DNA from: Azolla caroliniana
Lineage: Eukaryota; Plantae; Polypodiophyta
Length of the DNA: 64,000 nucleotides
NCBI GenBank assembly: GCA_043228905.1
Contig: JBHGNT010000007.1
Span: 8,184,001 to 8,248,000 of the forward strand
Direction of reading: 5' to 3'
Below are positions 47,523-59,100 of the stretch, in pieces. Below the pieces are notes generated by a model that saw only the letters and a list, made by a program, of their open reading frames with translations, did no database searches and was not told the DNA's origin. Made by a program: the position numbers and the translations under genes. Positions within the stretch are counted from its first letter, which is position 1. Each line of letters opens with the position of its first letter.

Positions 47523-48758
47523 TGTAATGAATGAACATGGTCTATCCTCCGACTTTGAAAACGAATGGATTTTATGAAGAAAATGGTGGTAGAAGTGTAT
47601 CTACCTGCATTGTTGTTTGTATTTTTGTGGGATGGATAGCCACACAGATGTTAAGCTCATTTGGTAAAGGTTGTCCAACAGGACAATAGAGGGTCATGTG
47701 TTCAATCCCTGCAGTCTGCAGAGTCATGATCTAAATTGCTGTTTGTGAACCCGAAGTGAAAGAAATGCCACTGAAATTTTAGAATTAGAAAATGAAACCC
47801 CGAGTTTTAAAGAACAATTCGAAGCATATAAAAGTTATGTTATGATTCATAAGCTACAGAATAGATGTTGGTCCTCGTGGGATCTGTGTGTATATTGAAC
47901 TTCTTGTAGTGTGAGATTTCTACAGGGGTGTTGGGCACATCAATGATGTTTACAGTTATTGCATGTGTAGGTTGGATAACTGTTTGTATTTCCTTCATTG
48001 CTCAACTATTTAGATGGCCTAATTACATCTAGGACTTTGAGGATTCCTGTTGACAAATGTGCGAATGTCTTTGTTGGTGAATTCCCTTCTTGAGAGCATT
48101 TCGAGTGCATTTTTAATTCAGTGGGCATTACCACTTTCCATAGCTTTAACTTCATAAAGAAGTGCCTTTGTCAAACCCTAATATATTTCATCCGTCTACA
48201 TTTGAAGTAAAACATATCCCTGTCCTCTTTTGTCGGTTATGTCACCTTAAGTCAAATATAATGTAAATGCCCTTCAAAATGTGTTTGTCTGTGTCCGCCA
48301 AGGGGCTTATTTCTAGTTGTCATTAGAAACAAGCGCATGTGACCTTTTTCCTAATTTGATTTCTCTTTTGTGTCTCACCAATGCTGGAGTTCCTTGTGAT
48401 AATATCTCCCTCTAAAGTAGTTGTTGTACCTATTGTCTCTTGACTCATCTTTCTAATCCATGCATTATCATGTTGCATTTTATGATTAAAGCTATGTGCA
48501 TCTTTCCAACTTGATCTCTCAAACTCTCTTGAGTTTCTTTGCTCAAAGTTCCTTACTTATTGAGGAGAGAAATAGTTTATGTTTTTGGCCATTGACTTGT
48601 GATTTGTCTAGTCTTTTCCCTTATTACCACTTGGTTCTTAGTCTTGGCTATCGACAATCTTACACTAGGAGGGCACGAGATGTCCAGAAGTTGCACCCTA
48701 ATTTGGACAAATATGCCGTTGTGAGGAGTCCCAACTAGTGCACCTTGTGTCATAACCA

Positions 48759-49108
48759 CCTTGGAAAAGGTGTCCAACCATGCCTTAGCCCTACCAAATG
48801 AATTACATCGAGGGCACTCTACAGTGCACCTGTCACATTATGACTTGAATCGTGCCATGCTCCATGAATGACTTCATGTTTTTTACTACTTTCACTAGAT
48901 TGATTCACATCTACTTGAGAAGGACAAACCTTTGAAAAAGTGTCCAACTATACCTTAGCCTTAGCAAATGAATTACCTTAGCCTTAGCAAGTGCCCCAAA
49001 TGGCATTGTCTCGAAAGCAATCAAGTTGAATTATGCCATGCTCCACCAATGACTTCATGATGTCTACCACTTTGACTAGATGATTCATATCTACTTGAGA
49101 AGGACAAT
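48759..49108. repeat. Degenerate ~170-180-bp tandem duplication
   Basis: GTGTCCAAC..CCTTAGCC..AAATGAATTAC and ..CTACTTGAGAAGGACAA each occur twice. Confidence 0.8.
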
Positions 49109-49187
49109 CATAGATACGCATTGACATCTATATGTGGAAGGTTCTTGTGGCGTGAAACCATATATATATTGATATGCATTCATGTAT

Positions 49188-49585
49188 ATGAGAAACCTGA
49201 TCCAAACCATCCGTAATTCTTATGTGAAGAAGCAAGCGTCATCCTTATAAAACCACGAGCTCCATCCATGTGAAACCAATCCTAAGCTAACCCTAATTCT
49301 CGTGTGAAGAAGCAAGCTTCATCCTTACAAAATCACATGGTCCACCCATGTGAAACCAACCTTGCCTAAAACCCTAATTCCTGATGAAGCAATTTCATCC
49401 ATATAAAGCCAAGCTTTAATGTTCCATGTGAAACCAATCCTAGCTAACCCTAATTCTTGTGTGAAAAAGCAAGCTTCATCCGTATAAAACACAAGGTCCA
49501 TCTAAGAGAAACCAACCCTGCCTAAAACCCTAACTCCAGTCTGATGAAGCAGTTTCACCCATGTAAAACCAAGCTTTAGTGTTCA
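49188..49585 (+). promoter_or_regulatory. ~78-bp tandem repeats (about 5) with telo-box-like and TATA-like motifs upstream of the snoRNA cluster
   Basis: Repeated ATGTGAAACCAA..(A)AACCCTAA..GAAGCAA..TCATCC.TATAAAA. Telo boxes are typical of plant snoRNA and ribosome-biogenesis promoters. Confidence 0.6.
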
Positions 49586-49628
49586 AGCGCTTGCTCCTCT
49601 GGTGACGACGGATGAGTATTCTTCTCCT

Positions 49629-49728
49629 CTCTGCAGTGATGCTTTTACGAAATTTTACATGTTAGACTACATAGGGTATGGCCTCTCTGGCCTCCCGATG
49701 AGAAAACCATAGACTATTCTGAGCAGAG
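49629..49728 (+). ncRNA. Box C/D snoRNA, snR58/snoR58Y-like (25S Cm, yeast 663 equivalent)
   Basis: Terminal stem CTCTGC/GCAGAG. C-like box GTGATGC, C' CCGATGA, D CTGA at 49719. Guide TACATGTTAGACT is antisense to 25S AGTCTAACATGTA; D' is degenerate. Confidence 0.65.
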
Positions 49729-49797
49729 ATCTCACTTTCTTGTTTTCTCCCTGCGTTTTCCTCACTTCCCATATGTTTCTCCTTAGGTATGTTTGTC

Positions 49798-49880
49798 GAG
49801 GGACATGATGATCTCTAATAATCTTGGTCTGTGTTTCTGAGAATGCAATGCGGAAACTGTTTAAGATGTTCTGATCCCTC
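49798..49880 (+). ncRNA. U18: Box C/D snoRNA U18 (25S Am, yeast 649 equivalent)
   Basis: Stem GAGGGA/TCCCTC, box C ATGATGA. Guide CTTGGTCTGTGTTT plus D' CTGA is antisense to 25S GAAACACGGACCAAG (one G-U). Ends GATGTTCTGA as in U18. Confidence 0.88.
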
Positions 49881-52322
49881 CTTTATCTCTCAATCTCTGA
49901 TTAAACTGTGGTGTTCTCTCCTTTGATCCAATGAATTTCTTTCCTTTCATGCTCTTCCATCACTGGATTAGGCTTTTGAAATTTCTCTGAGTCGTAGCTA
50001 TGCATGATTATAGCGGTCGATTTTGAAAGAGACGGTGTACAGTGAGTGATTGTCCGTCTATACATGCTAGGCACTCCATCGTCAATGAAACATCGTTCAT
50101 TGAGAAATAGTATGAGATTTGCTATTGTTGTCTGCATCTCTAGATGTGGCTTGTCAAACCGTATGTGACAAGCGGCACGCCTTGATGCATACCTGCTATT
50201 GCAGGTTTATGTACACATTTTATACATATGATTTGTGATAGTAGCAGTTGCATTGGTTCTGAAAATTCAGGGTTATCAGATGTAACATTTGTATCTGGGG
50301 TTGGTGCTGTGGCTTATGTAGCACCAAAATGGTGTATGTGACGATATAATCTGGACTCTTATATGGTCACAAGAGCAGGTCTTAGATCATAAACCTTGGG
50401 AGTTATTTTAGACATGGGTGTCTATGGCTAGAAACTTGGGATTGCCCAACCTGAGAGATGACAATTACTTCTGAAATAGGAAGTATTTGTTTGTCATTAA
50501 AGATGGTGTAAATCGTATTGTGACTGAATGTTTCAATGGGAAGTTGCTAAGATTAGATAGCTTAGTGTCAATGATCGTGTGCTATAAACAAACACATAAA
50601 CATAATGAAGGTTAGGGTAGGGCACTAATCTAGAAACAATAAAAGGACATGTTTATTTCAAAGTTTTGCAGAACTTTGAATGTTTAGTTTTATAGGAAAT
50701 GCAAGCAATCTACTGATATTCATGTAGAAACCTAAAACCGCTTGTGTGCGCATTGCAACCAGATTGGGCACACAATTGAGTAATTGTTTTGATTGAAGTA
50801 GTGAGTTAATTCATTTAATGTGTATCGAATTCATGCTTTCGACTAAAATGTACCTGGACCTAATGATCTGATTCGAGCAATTGGGGACATCAGTGAAACA
50901 CAAGCAAATTTCTTGTCTAATGATGCAGTGGTTCAACAAATTCACTCAACACAAATACAAGGGAATTATTTCTATTAAGTTTACATTGCAAAATATGGAT
51001 GTGTTCAATGTGCATCAATGCCATTGTGTATCAACAGCCAATTCATATAGACATTTATATTGAGCCAACTCGACTATCATGTTATGTATTTCCAATTTGT
51101 AAATATTATTTTAGAATGCCCTTGGCTTATTTAGTTTAGTAAAAACCTTTCTTTTTCCGTTGATCGGATTAACTAATAAATCTCAACTCGACAACTGTAA
51201 ACATTTTTATTAATGTTCAAGCTTCATTCTTGTTCAGTAGTCTTACAATGCTTTAATTGAGTACTTTTGTTTATCAATTTATTTGTGTAATTGATAGTGT
51301 TTCAAACTTATTTATAATATTGTCACCACATAATTGTAACATTATGAATGCATGTTTCTTAAATACCTTTAAAATTTATTGTGAACCATCAGATCAAATA
51401 ATTTCTGGGTATTCTTGTGGCCGTTCCACCTTCTCAACTTAACTGATCAAAGGAGGACATCATTAAACAACTTAAGGAATACCTATTTATGGGCTATATT
51501 AGATATAATAAATCGCCTTAGAAAGGTTTATGGTGATTGTCCCATTTGAATAAAATAACAATTAAAGATGTGTGTATCCCTTAAAGATGTGGATTATACA
51601 ACTTTTGAACAAAACTGATGCGATTAAACTTTTGCAAATGTAATTCTATTTGGAAGAAATAGTGAGGATGTGTATTACTTTAGGTGAAAATCCTAAGGGA
51701 CTTTAGGTCAAAATCATACCCTTAGTTCTTGGTGTCTGCATTCTTGATATAAGATGGAAGTCATGAGCAATTCATATCATGCCTCTACTATAGTAAATTT
51801 GCGTTCGTGAGTTCTATCAATTTAATTAATGTAGTATTCACAGAACTTTGTTGCGTTTTGCATTCTTGAGGTAAAGGGCATGGAATTAGTGTGGTAGTTA
51901 AGAAAGATTACGAAAAGAGAGTATGTATAAGATTGATGGACCCTTTATAATGGGTTCTATACGATTCAAAAGACCCTTGTAATGTGCACCAAATTAATTA
52001 AACTGTGTGAGAGGATTCAATAGGAATCATGGGATGGAATATGTATGTAAATTAATCAAACTGTGGGGCTATTTCTGGGCTATTATGCATATATATATAG
52101 TTTGGATGAATCCCAAATCCCTCTTATGAAACCCTGCTCAAGCTCTCGTTATAAAACCTAGCTGTCTGCCGATATTGTCGAATCCATTTTTCAGCTGTGC
52201 TTGAGAGCTATGGTGATGGCAAAGGGGCTAAATCTCTACTCCTTCCTCTGCTCAAATGCACTATTTTTACATGTTTCTCTTTCTTCTTCCTGCTGTCCGT
52301 TTTCCAGCAAAGTTACATTGAG

Positions 52323-52412
52323 GGAGGGATATGATGATTTTCCAACAATCTTGGTCTGTGTTTCTGAGTCTGCTATGCGGAAAACGTTTCATATAAGATG
52401 TCTGATCTCTCT
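52323..52412 (+). ncRNA. U18: Box C/D snoRNA U18, second copy
   Basis: Box C ATGATGA at 52331, identical guide CTTGGTCTGTGTTTCTGA, D CTGA at 52402. Confidence 0.85.
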
Positions 52413-52609
52413 GTCTCTGTCTCTGTCTCTGTCTCTCTCACTTTGAATTAGTTGGATGTGCCGGATACCCGACTGTAAGGCTGGCCTTATTTTGGAAGGC
52501 GATCTCTGATGCACCATGATCTTCTTTGTAAATCCAGGGGTTTGTACCCGATTCTAATGAACCTGTCTAAACTCTTCCTTGTTTATGTTTTCTACCTTTG
52601 GAACACCAA

Positions 52610-52716
52610 AAGGGCAAGTGATGATTTGAACTGACGATCCAACGCCTATCTTCATTGATTGAATCAGTGAAATTGAGGACAGTCAAATCAACGAGCTTTT
52701 TAAACCTGATGCCCTT
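52610..52716 (+). ncRNA. Box C/D snoRNA U36-like (18S Am, yeast 619 equivalent)
   Basis: Stem AAGGGCA/TGCCCTT, box C GTGATGA. Guide ACGAGCTTTTTAA is antisense to 18S TTAAAAAGCTCGT. D CTGA at 52706 with correct D+5 register. Confidence 0.82.
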
Positions 52717-52830
52717 CTTTTCCTTCAGCATTTGGATGATTGACCTTAAACTTCATAGTCTGGTGATGCCCTAAGCAGGATTACCTTTAAGCATTTGGAT
52801 GCCAGCCCAATGCATTTATCCTATGTTTTC

Positions 52831-52943
52831 AATTTAGCCTACGGGACAGTAGAAATGTTCGTTAATTGTACAGCAGGTAATTAGACACAAGTAATGTAAG
52901 CACATTCATGAGACCTAACTGGTTCCATGAATAATCCACATTT
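52831..52943 (+). ncRNA. Candidate H/ACA snoRNA
   Basis: Hairpin, ANANNA box (ACACAA 52885-52890), hairpin (ATTCATG/CATGAAT), then ACA+TTT; lies within the snoRNA cluster. Target not identified. Confidence 0.3.
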
Positions 52944-53163
52944 TGTTTTGTGCTTGTCTACCTATTAATATCTCGCAAAATAGTGAAATTAACCTCCTAT
53001 AAAAGTTATTACCAATCTGCCATTTTAAGCACTTAGAATCGTAAGGCTGTGGTATGGTGAGGATTCAGTCGCTTTCATTTGCAGCTTTGGGCTCCAGAAT
53101 CATGTTTATAAGTACTTTTGGTGTTTAAAGAGCTCGTTGATTTGACTGTACGCAAATTCCTAA

Positions 53164-53250
53164 GATCCTAGGAAAAGAATCCATTGAAATGCTGCCATTC
53201 TTCAGATCCTAATAAAAGAATTCATTGAAACGCAGCCATTCTTCAGATCC
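53164..53250. repeat. 41-bp tandem duplication
   Basis: GATCCTA..AAAAGAAT.CATTGAAA.GC.GCCATTCTTCA x2. Confidence 0.8.
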
Positions 53251-53627
53251 AAATGACATGAGCAGGCGAGGAGAATGTACAATAAAGACAGTGATGGAGG
53301 GCTTATAAATGGTGTTCGATGTAAACAACAAATACCGATAATTTAATTGAATTCTCAAACACTACTAAATTGGAAATTTGGGATTAATGTTGTTCCAAAT
53401 CTTGATTTGTAGGACGAAACAGATTAGGTTAAAAAACTATCCAGAATGCCCCTCAATCGTAAAGATGGGATATAAATGTGCCATATTCGCTTTGTTTTTG
53501 GTTCAGCAGAATGATGGAGTAGCCTTGTGAGGGGGCCTGCATTTGTCTATGGGCACAATTATCTGTAAAGATTTATTGAATAAAATTGAATGTAAATTAA
53601 ATAAAAGTGAAAGTCTTAACATATGTC

Positions 53628-53711
53628 GTCAGGATGGCCGAGCGGTCTAAGGCGCCAGACTCAAGTTCTGGTTCTCGTGAGAGAGCGTGGGTTCAAATCC
53701 CACTTCTGACA
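53628..53711 (+). tRNA. trnL-CAA: tRNA-Leu(CAA)
   Basis: GTCAGGA/TTCTGAC acceptor, CCAGA-CT-CAA-GT-TCTGG anticodon arm, long variable arm, GGTTCAAATCC. Confidence 0.95.
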
Positions 53712-54496
53712 AAAAACAATGTATTTACATGCCTACATACTTATTTACTTTATTATTATGTATGAGATTTGTTTCCATACAAATAAATAAATAACACAGG
53801 TGATAAGAATTCAACAAGAAATGCACATGTTCTTTCTCTCGTAATATATTTCTTCTATAGGTATGTAGATAGCGTTCTAATCAGCACCCGTCTTTAGTTC
53901 ATTCGGGCAAATATTTTTTCAACGACTCCCATTGGGATGAATAAGCCCTCAAATAGTTTGGAATGAGACCTCGAGGTTATATTGAAATCCTCCTGTTGTA
54001 TTAATTGAATCGAGGAACACAATGTGACAATCAACTCTTCAAGCTCCATCACAACAATGAGCACTGCAACGATATCTTATTGTTGGCTTAATTCTTTATC
54101 CTTTCTAGATCCCTCGTAGTTACATCTTCAACCATAACCATAACCTTAACCTAATATAAACTCATGTTTTAGGCACTTTTCTCCATTGCACACGCTATGC
54201 CATGACAACAAGCTTGACAATGCTTAGGAAATGCCTGTAGATAATGGTTGCGTAGACCAATATCGGAGTAGTACTATTTAATTTCCCCAAATATTTTAAC
54301 TTTCTCGCGAGTAGACTATGTTTCCATACATCCAAAGAACTGAAAGGATGCATGTGATTGCTTCGAAAGATTTCTGTTACTATTGTCATTAGTTATATTT
54401 CTTGGTGTGTAAACAGTATCGGAGTTGTACTATTTAATTTCCCTAACTATCTAATTTCCCTTAATTTTATAACTAGTTTTAACTAACTTTTATCAA

Positions 54497-54578
54497 GTCA
54501 CTTTGGCCGTGTTGTTAAGGCGTGTACCTCCTAAGTACATTGGGTCTCCCTACGAGATTTCGAATCTCTCTGGTGACG
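54497..54578 (+). pseudogene. tRNA-Ser-derived copy with CCT anticodon and damaged D arm
   Basis: Aligns to 63184-63265. GCT->CCT; A14 and D-loop GG are mutated. Confidence 0.8.
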
Positions 54579-54778
54579 AATTCTTGCAAGACTGTGTTTC
54601 CATACATCCAAAGAATTGAAGGGATACATGTGATTCCTTCGAAAGATTTTTTATCACTATAGTAATTGGTTATATTTCATGGTGTGAAGACAATATCGGT
54701 GTAGTACTATTTCATTTCCCTAAACATTTAAACTTTCAATTTAATTTTTATAGATAGTTTCATTTTAATTTTTATCTA

Positions 54779-54860
54779 CTTAGTTTGGCCATGTGGTTGA
54801 GGTTTGTGCCTGCTTTGACTATTGGGCCTTGCCGCGAGAGATCGAATCTCGCAACTGACG
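54779..54860 (+). pseudogene. Degenerate tRNA-Ser-like variant B
   Basis: A-box-like TTGGCC.TGTGG and B-box-like GATCGAATC; anticodon stem broken. Confidence 0.7.
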
Positions 54861-55368
54861 ACATCTTGCGAAACTATGTTTCCATATATCCAAAGAACTA
54901 AAAGGATACGTGTGATTGCTTAAAAAGATTTGTGTCAATATTGTCATGGGTTATGTTTCTTGTATTGAAAACAATATCAGATACTACTATTTAATTTCCG
55001 TAAACATTAAAATTTCTCGCGAGTAGACTATGTTTCCATACATCCCAAGAATTGATGGGATACATGCCATTGATTCGAAAGAATTAAGAATTGATTGTCA
55101 TGGGTTATGTTTCTTGTATTGAAAACAATATCAGATACTACTATTTAATTTCCGTAAACATTAAAATTTCTCGCGAGTAGACTATGTCTCCATACATCCC
55201 AAGAATTGATGGGATACATGCCATTGATTCGAAAGATTTTTTGACAATATTGTCATTGGTTATATTTCTTCGTGTGAAAACCATATTAGAATAGTACTAT
55301 TTAATTTCCTTAACCATTTAAACTTTGTATTTAAATTTTATAACTAGATTCAGTTTAACCTTTATATG

Positions 55369-55450
55369 GTCACATTGGCCAAGTGGTAAAGGCGTGTGCT
55401 TGCTAAGTACATGGGTTCTCCCCGTGAGAGTTCGAATCTCTCAGGTGACG
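55369..55450 (+). tRNA. tRNA-Ser(GCT), several substitutions, possibly a pseudogene
   Basis: GTCACATTGGCCAAGTGGTAAAGGCG..TTGCTAA..GTTCGAATC..GGTGACG. Confidence 0.65.
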
Positions 55451-55800
55451 ACTTCTTGCGAGACAATGTTACCATATATTCAAAGAACTAAAAGGATACA
55501 TGTGATTGCTGCGAAAGCTATTCTTGTCATTGGTTATTTTTCATGGTGTGAAAACAATATCGGAGTAGTACTATTTAATTTCCCCAAATATTTTAACTTT
55601 CTCGCGAGTAGACTATCTTCCCATACATTCAAAGAACTAAAAGGATGCATGTGATTGCTGCGAAAGATTTTTTTTTCACTATTGTCATTGGTTATATTTC
55701 CTGGTGTGAAAACCACATCAGAAAAGTACTATTTAGTTTCCCTAGCCATTTAAACTTTGTATTTAAATTTTATAACTAGATTCAATTTAACCTTTATACA

Positions 55801-55882
55801 ATCACTTTGGTCGAGTGGATAAGGTGTGTGCCTACTAAGTACATAGGGTCTCCCCACGAAAGTTCGAATCTCTCAGGTGACG
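55801..55882 (+). pseudogene. tRNA-Ser-derived copy with ACT anticodon
   Basis: G1->A, several C->T and G->A changes, T-stem mismatch. Confidence 0.75.
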
Positions 55883-56082
55883 ACTTCTTGCAAGACTGTG
55901 TTTCCATACATCCAAAGAATTGAAGTCATGCATGTGATTGCTTTGAAAGATTTTTTATCACTATAGTCATTGGTTATATTTCATGGTGTGAAGACAATGT
56001 CTGTGTAGTACTATTTCATTTCCCTAAACATTTAAACTTTCAATTTAATTTTGATAACTAGTTTCATTTTAATTTTTATCTA

Positions 56083-56164
56083 CTTAGTTTGGCCACGTGG
56101 TTGAGGTTTGTGCCTGCTTTGACTATTGGGCCACGCCGCGAGATATCGAATATCGTAGCTGATG
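56083..56164 (+). pseudogene. Degenerate tRNA-Ser-like variant B
   Basis: Paralog of 54779-54860. 5'-half remnants also at 61643-61674 and 62971-63002. Confidence 0.7.
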
Positions 56165-56190
56165 ACATCTTGCGAGAGTGTGTTAAATCC

Positions 56191-59100
56191 TGTAGAAAGT
56201 ATCGTGCGGAAGCAAGTATGAAGACCGAACAGAAGGAAGGAAACTCAGGTTCAATGGAGAGCTTGAGCTTACGCAGTATACGCGGGAGAGACAGAGAGAG
56301 AAACACCAAAAACTATATTCAACAATAATACTCAATCTGTACATAAGACGTGCTTCAGTGAACACTTTTATACAAGTCCTAGAAGGACTGACCGAAGTAC
56401 TGACAGTACTTCAATGCTCATTAAGAGCTCCTACACTAACTCCCAAATATATTCCTCACGGAATATCTTTCCTAACAACCTCCCGGTTTACGCACTCGGC
56501 CTAACCGATCGGTCCTAACCGATCGGGTCCTCGGCTTCTTCAGCCGATCCGGCCGATGTTGAGCTTGTCTCTCAACACTCCCCCTCAAGCTCAACTTGAG
56601 GCTCTTCGGGATCTTCACAGCACCGGTTCCTCCTGGCTTCTCGCCTCGCTCGCACTCCTCGACCTGTTCGACTCCGCGCGCTTCGACCCTTCCGGTCGGC
56701 TTGTATGCTCATGCGGCCCTTATCAGCTCTTTTGCTGTTGCGGTGTTGACGCTTCTCCTGCTGCCTTTTCTTCCGCTTGGGCCTCGGTTGATTCAGCGTG
56801 TCTGAATCAAACATCCGAACCAACTCGACTACCTCCGATCGGTTTTCGCTCTCGTCCGAGTTGGCTGTCTCCAACTCGTCTTCGGTCTTCTCGCCTTCGA
56901 TGGCGTCATCTTCCCCATGCGTGGTTGGCTTCGGCTCTCTCCTTCGGTTGCTCCCCTTCTGTCCGCTTCCGAACTTTTCCGCGGGTCTGCCCTCGGCTTC
57001 TTCAGCCGATCCGATGTCGAACTTGTCAACTGACTCGGTGTCGCGGTGTTCGCTCCTTTCCTGCTGCCTTGCTTGGTCGTTCGGGACTGTTCTCCCCCTC
57101 AAGTTCGGCACGTCAAGGTGACGCAACCCGAGCGCACCTGAGAATTGCCGCAACTTGTCCAGACCAAGAGGCTTGGTGAAGATGTCGGCAGTCTGCCGAT
57201 CCGTCGAAACATACTGAAGTTCGACTTCACCGGAAAGGACACACTCACGGACGAAATGGTATTGCACCTCAATGTGCTTGGTCCGTGCGTGGAAGACGGG
57301 GTTCTTCGCGAGTTGGATGCTGCTGAGGTTGTCGCAGTAGATCGTCGTTGGATCGGTCACCTCCTCTTGCAGGTCCTTAAGTAGCCGCTTCAACCATATG
57401 ACTTTGCATGTCGCGACAGCCGCTCCTTGGTACTCCGCTTCGGTGCTCGACAGTGCAACTGTTGGCTGCTTCTTACTGCTCCACGCGATCGCGGCACTCT
57501 CGAGGGAGAACGCGTATCCAGACGTGGATCGGCGATCGGCGGCGTTGCCAGCCCAATCAGCATCGGTGTAGCCGACTAACTGCTTGGCTGCACCGGTCCG
57601 ATATAGCAGTCCGCGGTCCTTAGTGCCACTTAAGTACCGCAGTACGCGTTGCGCACACTGAAGGTGCTCCTCGGTAGGTCGCGCCATGAACTGACTGATC
57701 ACCCCGACCGGATAGCTGAGGTCGGGTCGGGTGATGGTCAAGTATATGAGGCTTCCGACAATTTGTCGGAATCTTGTCGGGTCGCATACCTTTCCCGTAT
57801 TGGGACGAAGCTTGACGGTTCTGTCCAAAGGAGTCGAAACGGTCTTACAGTCGGCCATCCCAAACTTGAAGAGCATACTCAACACGTAATGATGTTGGCT
57901 GATCAATATGCCTTCGGGGGTACAGATCATTTTGATCCCGAGGAAATAATGAAGGTCCCCCAGATCCTTCATGTCGAACGATGCCGCAAGCTGGAGATTC
58001 ACGTGGTCGATTTCATCGAGGTCGGCGCCGGTGATGACCAAGTCATCAACATATAGTAAAATACTAACCGGTCGTCATTTTCGTGACCGGCGCAAACGTC
58101 TCATCGTAGTCGATGCCATGTTTCTGCGCGTAGCCCTTTGCCACTAGCCGAGCCTTGTACTGGTTGACCGAGCCATCGGTGTTGTACTTGACTTTGTACA
58201 CCCATCTACACCCGATCGACTTCGTCAACCAGGTCCCAGGTCTCGTTCTCCGCCAATGCGTGCATCTCTTCCTCCATCGCGGTGCGCCAATTCGCGTCCT
58301 TCGCCGCTTCTGCGTAGCTCTCCGGCTCACGCACTTCCGCTACACGGGTCATGTATGCATAATGATGCGCCATGTACTCGTTGTATCCGAACCACAAAAT
58401 AGGATTCTTCTGGCGGGTAGATCGGCGTAATCTCACATTAGCCGATGTCGAGGCCTTCTCGGTCGACGCGGTCTTCATCTTTAAAGACCTGTCACCGGTT
58501 CCCTCGGAGTCGGACTCGTGTTGGTCTGACTCGTTCCTTTCCATGCCGGAATCCGACACCTTCTTCTTCCCTTTCTCTTTGTGCGTAAGCCGTCTCCTCA
58601 GCTTCCTGTGCGGGGAATGCACGACCGAGTCTCCACTACTCGCCGGCTCTTCATCGGACTGGTCGTACCGACTCAGTCGTCCAATCGGTCCACTTAACCG
58701 GAGTGAAATCGGACTCTCTTCACGGGTCTCGATTTCGGGCTCATCCGGGGGCATCTCGGCCTCGCTGGCCTCATCGTCAGAGCTCAGATTGGAGGCAAGG
58801 TTCGGAGTCGGGGGCAGGTACCAGGACGCGGACTCGTCAAACACAACGTCGCGGCTGACACGCGCTTGTTTGGTGTGAGGGTTATAGCACTTATAACCCT
58901 TCTGTTCGTCCGAGTAACTGACCAAGATGCACTTCTCGGCCTTTGCATCCAGCTTCCTCCTTTTCTCCTTCGGTACATGCACATACGCAATGCTACCGAA
59001 CACCCTCAAGTGTCGCAAGTTCGACTTCGTTCCGAAATATAGCTCGTGCGCCGACACTTTGTCTCCAATCCGGTTCTGGATGTATACCGCGGTCCTTACC

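Larger units (their letters stand above)
54258..56190 (+). repeat. tRNA-Ser tandem array or satellite (~282-bp tRNA+spacer units and ~150-bp spacer-only units); continues after the Copia
   Basis: Recurring spacer GACTATGTTTCCATACATCCAAAGAA..GGATACATGTGATTGC..GTACTATTTAATTTCC. tRNA start spacings 282, 590, 432 and 282. Confidence 0.9.

Noticed and set aside
49382-49435. CTGATGA...GAAA as a hammerhead ribozyme core in tandem repeats
   Set aside because: No stem II closes directly before GAAA and no stem I/III with a cleavage triplet could be built
51776-51882. U16-like snoRNA (AATTTGCG with terminal stem)
   Set aside because: No recognisable C or D box
52452-52515. Further C/D snoRNA ending in CTGA at ~52506
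   Set aside because: Box C is unconvincing and no confident target was found
55325-55654. 109-aa ORF in the satellite
   Set aside because: Overlaps a tRNA and AT-rich spacer, non-ATG start, not open in the other units
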